A stretch of 36,437 nucleotides of DNA, from the IMG/VR virus record IMGVR_UViG_3300012952_000048, positions 1 to 36,437 of that record. One strand, given 5' to 3'. The translations under genes were made by a program, and so were the position numbers. The notes below the pieces were generated by a model. It was not told the origin of the DNA, ran no database searches, and saw only the letters and a program-made list of their open reading frames with translations. Shown here piece by piece: positions 34,190 to 36,437 of the stretch; within the stretch, counting starts at the first letter, position 1; each line of letters starts with the position of its first letter. Source of the stretch: a virus. Taxonomy: Duplodnaviria > Caudoviricetes.

Positions 34190-34974
34190 ATGTAAAGAGT
34201 CGAGATCGGCGGGTTCGGGGTGATCAATCCCTCCCCCGCTTCTCTCTTGGTCGGTGTTCCCTTTATTGATATGGTAACGATCCGAGGCAGTTACCGTCCG
34301 CTTTCCTCGGCGCTTTTGCAAGATGTAGATTTAAAATAGGCGCGTTGGTGCGCCACCCCTCAAGCTTTATAGGAGCCTGACCACTGGGCTCCTTTTAAGG
34401 TAGGACCGTAACCTCCCGCGTATATTCTCCGAGATGGGTTTCGTGGACGGTTTCCTTTTCATTACGTTTTATGCCTGCCCCAGTAGCCGTAGCTTGAAGG
34501 AATCGAACCTCCCACGCAGGTCTGCAAAATAAAGTGTGACCGACAAACTAAATCATATATTAAAATCTCCACTCGCTGCCGTATTGGGCTTAACCCTTGG
34601 CGGCACTCAAGAGGCTCTGTGCCTCGGTGTACCTTGGCAGTGAGTGAACCTTTGCAAGAGAGGCGGGACTTGAACCCCCTCAGCGAGACTCGGAGAGTGT
34701 AAGCGAGAGGGACAGGATAATGACTCCCTGTCCCCTGCTCGCTTCAAGATGATCGGGGGTCGTTTTCATTCGGCAGGCTGGGGCAGCAAACGACACTAAG
34801 CATTAGCTTATTCATTAAATAAGCGACACGCGCTATCTTACTTCCGTCTCAAAGTACGGGGCGGCACCGAATCCGATCATCTCGGAAAATGTATATTAAA
34901 ATCAGGAGCATGTCTCTTCTCCTTGGTTAGCAGGTCTTAGCGGCGACTTCGTTTCCTCCCTCGCCCTTGCCTCA
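34190..34974 (-). ncRNA. candidate ~780-nt structured non-coding RNA (copy A)
   Basis: Own promoter; no convincing ORF; many helices, pseudoknots and two T-loop modules; 5' domain homologous to 36183-36364. Confidence 0.65.
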
Positions 34975-34979
34975 ATTAC

Positions 34980-35008
34980 AATATGACACATTATGCGTTA
35001 CCTGTCAA
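34980..35008 (-). promoter_or_regulatory. promoter with operator-like palindrome driving ncRNA A
   Basis: Minus strand TTGACA-17 bp-CATATT; TAACGCATAATGTGTCA; TGTCATATTGTAATTGAG shared with promoter at 36398. Confidence 0.7.
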
Positions 35009-35074
35009 ATAAATAATGCAAAATAAAATACTTTTTTTTGTAAACGCTGTCCTGCTCTGCAATAAATAATGAAT

Positions 35075-35460
35075 TAAAATGAGGAGAGAGACCCGATCCG
35101 CCGACCAGATCTCTCTCCCTGTTGAACCCGCTCGCTTCCACATCGCGCAAAGGCGGGAGGGAATCGAACCCCCAGCAAGTCGGATCTCCGTTAGCGCTGG
35201 TGACACTTGGCGGAGAACTTAGAAGAGAGCGACAGCCGCTTAGCCTTATACTCGCTCTCCTTAGTCGTCAGGTTTACCAGACCATCAGACCATTCCAGCC
35301 GAGAGACGATCTCAGCCGAAACCAATAGAACAACAGTTCGCAGTCTATAAGGAAGACCAGCCCCCAGCATTATGCAGCTTGGACGCTCCGTATCGTGGAT
35401 TGAACGGCAGCATTAAGCAGCTTGCGCGCATCGGCTCTGAAGAGAGCCAGCATTCTCCAA
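35075..35460 (-). ncRNA. structured 3' non-coding segment with short direct repeats, T-loop module and terminal hairpin
   Basis: CAAGCTGCWTAATGCTG repeats; GGGGG-TTCGATT-CCCTC; terminal 16-bp hairpin followed by CATTTTAATT. Confidence 0.5.
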
Positions 35461-35468
35461 GAGACCCC

Positions 35469-35684
35469 CTATCGAAGGGGCATCTCTCGGACTTGGACGA
35501 AGTCCACGCCGAAGCGGACATCCTCAAGGATGAGGACGAGGTCTCCTCGGTCGACGACTCGGTCGACGGTCTCTTCTTTCAAGACCGAGCGAGCGAAAGC
35601 GAGTGCTTCGGACTTGTCCGCGAAAGCCGCAAGGACGGAAGAGCCTTCGCAGCGCTCTCCCTGTGAAACGATAAAGATGGACAT
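35469..35684 (-). CDS. hypothetical protein
   Basis: CCAACCAACGGAGA RBS; 71 aa. Confidence 0.75.
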   Translation of the reverse strand: MSIFIVSQGERCEGSSVLAAFADKSEALAFARSVLKEETVDRVVDRGDLVLILEDVRFGVDFVQVREMPLR

Positions 35685-35837
35685 TCGGTCTCCGTTGGTT
35701 GGATTGGTTGAAGGTTAAAAGGTTAGAATGGTATTAGTAAGCCGCTCCATTCTGGCGCTCGTTGGTCTCCTGCTGGAGCATCATCAACGATTTAGACTCT
35801 TTGCTCCGCGCCGTTGTCTGTGGCGCGCCTCGATCAG

Positions 35838-35873
35838 TTACTCGCCGAGGGTTCTCAGTCGGTGGATACACAT
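35838..35873 (-). CDS. 11-aa mini-ORF MCIHRLRTLGE (leader peptide candidate)
   Basis: Full CCAACAACGGAGA RBS of the type used by the real genes. Confidence 0.4.
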   Translation of the reverse strand: MCIHRLRTLGE

Positions 35874-35894
35874 GGTTCTCTCCGTTGTTGGTGG

Positions 35895-36364
35895 GTTAAT
35901 GGCTGCATCGGTTCGGGTCTGGCGGGAAAAGGATGAGCTTGGGACATGAGTCGGCATAGCCGATCTGCTGGTTCTCTTCAGAGCCTTTGATACTGTGGGT
36001 CACCCGATGCAGCGATTAAAGCGTTCATAACGTATTCTCTCAAGTCAAATTTGATATCCATTGTCTTCGCGACGGACCATAACCCGTCATCGTCACTCAT
36101 CGGACGATCCCTCGGGGTTTATGACTTAAGCCTTAGTCGGCGAGAGAACACGATATCAACGCTCTAATATCGCGAAGGGTGAGAGTCATCGGCAGTCTGA
36201 GCAACTCGTTTCTCAGGATTGGGGCTTGAAGCCCGACACGCTTTCTTTGAGTCTATCGTCTGTTAGACGGTGCGGCACCGATTCATCTCAAGGGGTATTT
36301 CTCTTCCCCTCTTAGTTGGCAGCTCTTATCAGGGACTTTCCAGTTGGTCTCTCCCCTCGGCTCA
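35895..36364 (-). ncRNA. candidate structured non-coding RNA / long 5' leader (copy B)
   Basis: No ORF; 10-11-bp helices; 5' domain homologous to copy A with compensatory changes. Confidence 0.65.
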
Positions 36365-36369
36365 ATTAC

Positions 36370-36398
36370 AATATGACATGATAACGCATAATGCGCAA
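36370..36398 (-). promoter_or_regulatory. promoter with operator-like palindrome over -35, driving ncRNA B
   Basis: Minus strand TTGCGC-17 bp-CATATT; TTGCGCATTATGCGTTA at 36398-36382. Confidence 0.65.
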
Positions 36399-36437
36399 GT
36401 AAATAATTCAAAATAAGTTATCTTTTTTTGCTAATCG

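Noticed and set aside
34650-34890. tmRNA (GAGATGATCGGATTCG 5' end plus T-arm 3' end)
   Set aside because: Only about 235 nt, poor acceptor stem, no G3-U70/CCA, no tag ORF ending in AA; the 5' segment pairs better elsewhere
34485-35175. tRNA genes suggested by GGTTCGATTCC / GGTTCAAGTCC
   Set aside because: No complete cloverleaf (D-arm, 7-nt anticodon loop, 7-bp acceptor stem, CCA) could be built; kept only as T-loop modules
35365-35454. CRISPR array
   Set aside because: Only two 17-nt repeats plus a partial one, and no cas genes in the window
35260-36020. Hammerhead (CUGANGA) or twister (UAAUGC, GUCCCAAGC) ribozymes
   Set aside because: The required partner motifs (GAAA after stem II; GAG and P4 stem) are not in the right places
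34861-36283. Cas9 tracrRNA-like GGCACCGA/TCGGTGC words
   Set aside because: Only a 7-8-nt resemblance; here TCGGTG pairs with a distant TGCCGA as part of a different fold

Overview
This is a 36-kb fragment of a tailed dsDNA phage or prophage genome. The head and packaging genes lie on the minus strand: GpA-type terminase large subunit, portal-MuF fusion, multidomain prohead protease/scaffold, major capsid protein and head-tail adaptor. SAM methyltransferase, sulfotransferase-like and NDP-sugar dehydratase genes are embedded among them. This late module is interrupted and flanked by many short 'early-type' cassettes carrying ArdC, AlkB, a DUF6011-like protein, and small acidic or basic proteins. 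I count 25 sigma70-like promoters sharing a degenerate 17-bp palindrome (TAWCGCA-N3-TGYGnTA) in or over the -35/-10 spacer, usually followed by a CAA-rich ...AACGGAGA leader, which suggests a genome-wide operator regulon. A second motif (WWTCGA-N4-CTGCGCT) sits at several cassette borders. The right-hand 2.3 kb is mostly non-coding. It holds two promoter-driven, paralogous, covarying, pseudoknotted RNA domains, a thrice-repeated 5' leader motif, T-loop modules and a 20-bp long-range duplex, making it a candidate novel phage ncRNA system. The cytosine methyltransferase also contains an overlapping alternative-frame ORF with its own SD, reminiscent of the M.EcoHK31I beta subunit. All calls come from reading motifs by eye; no database searches or folding programs were run.
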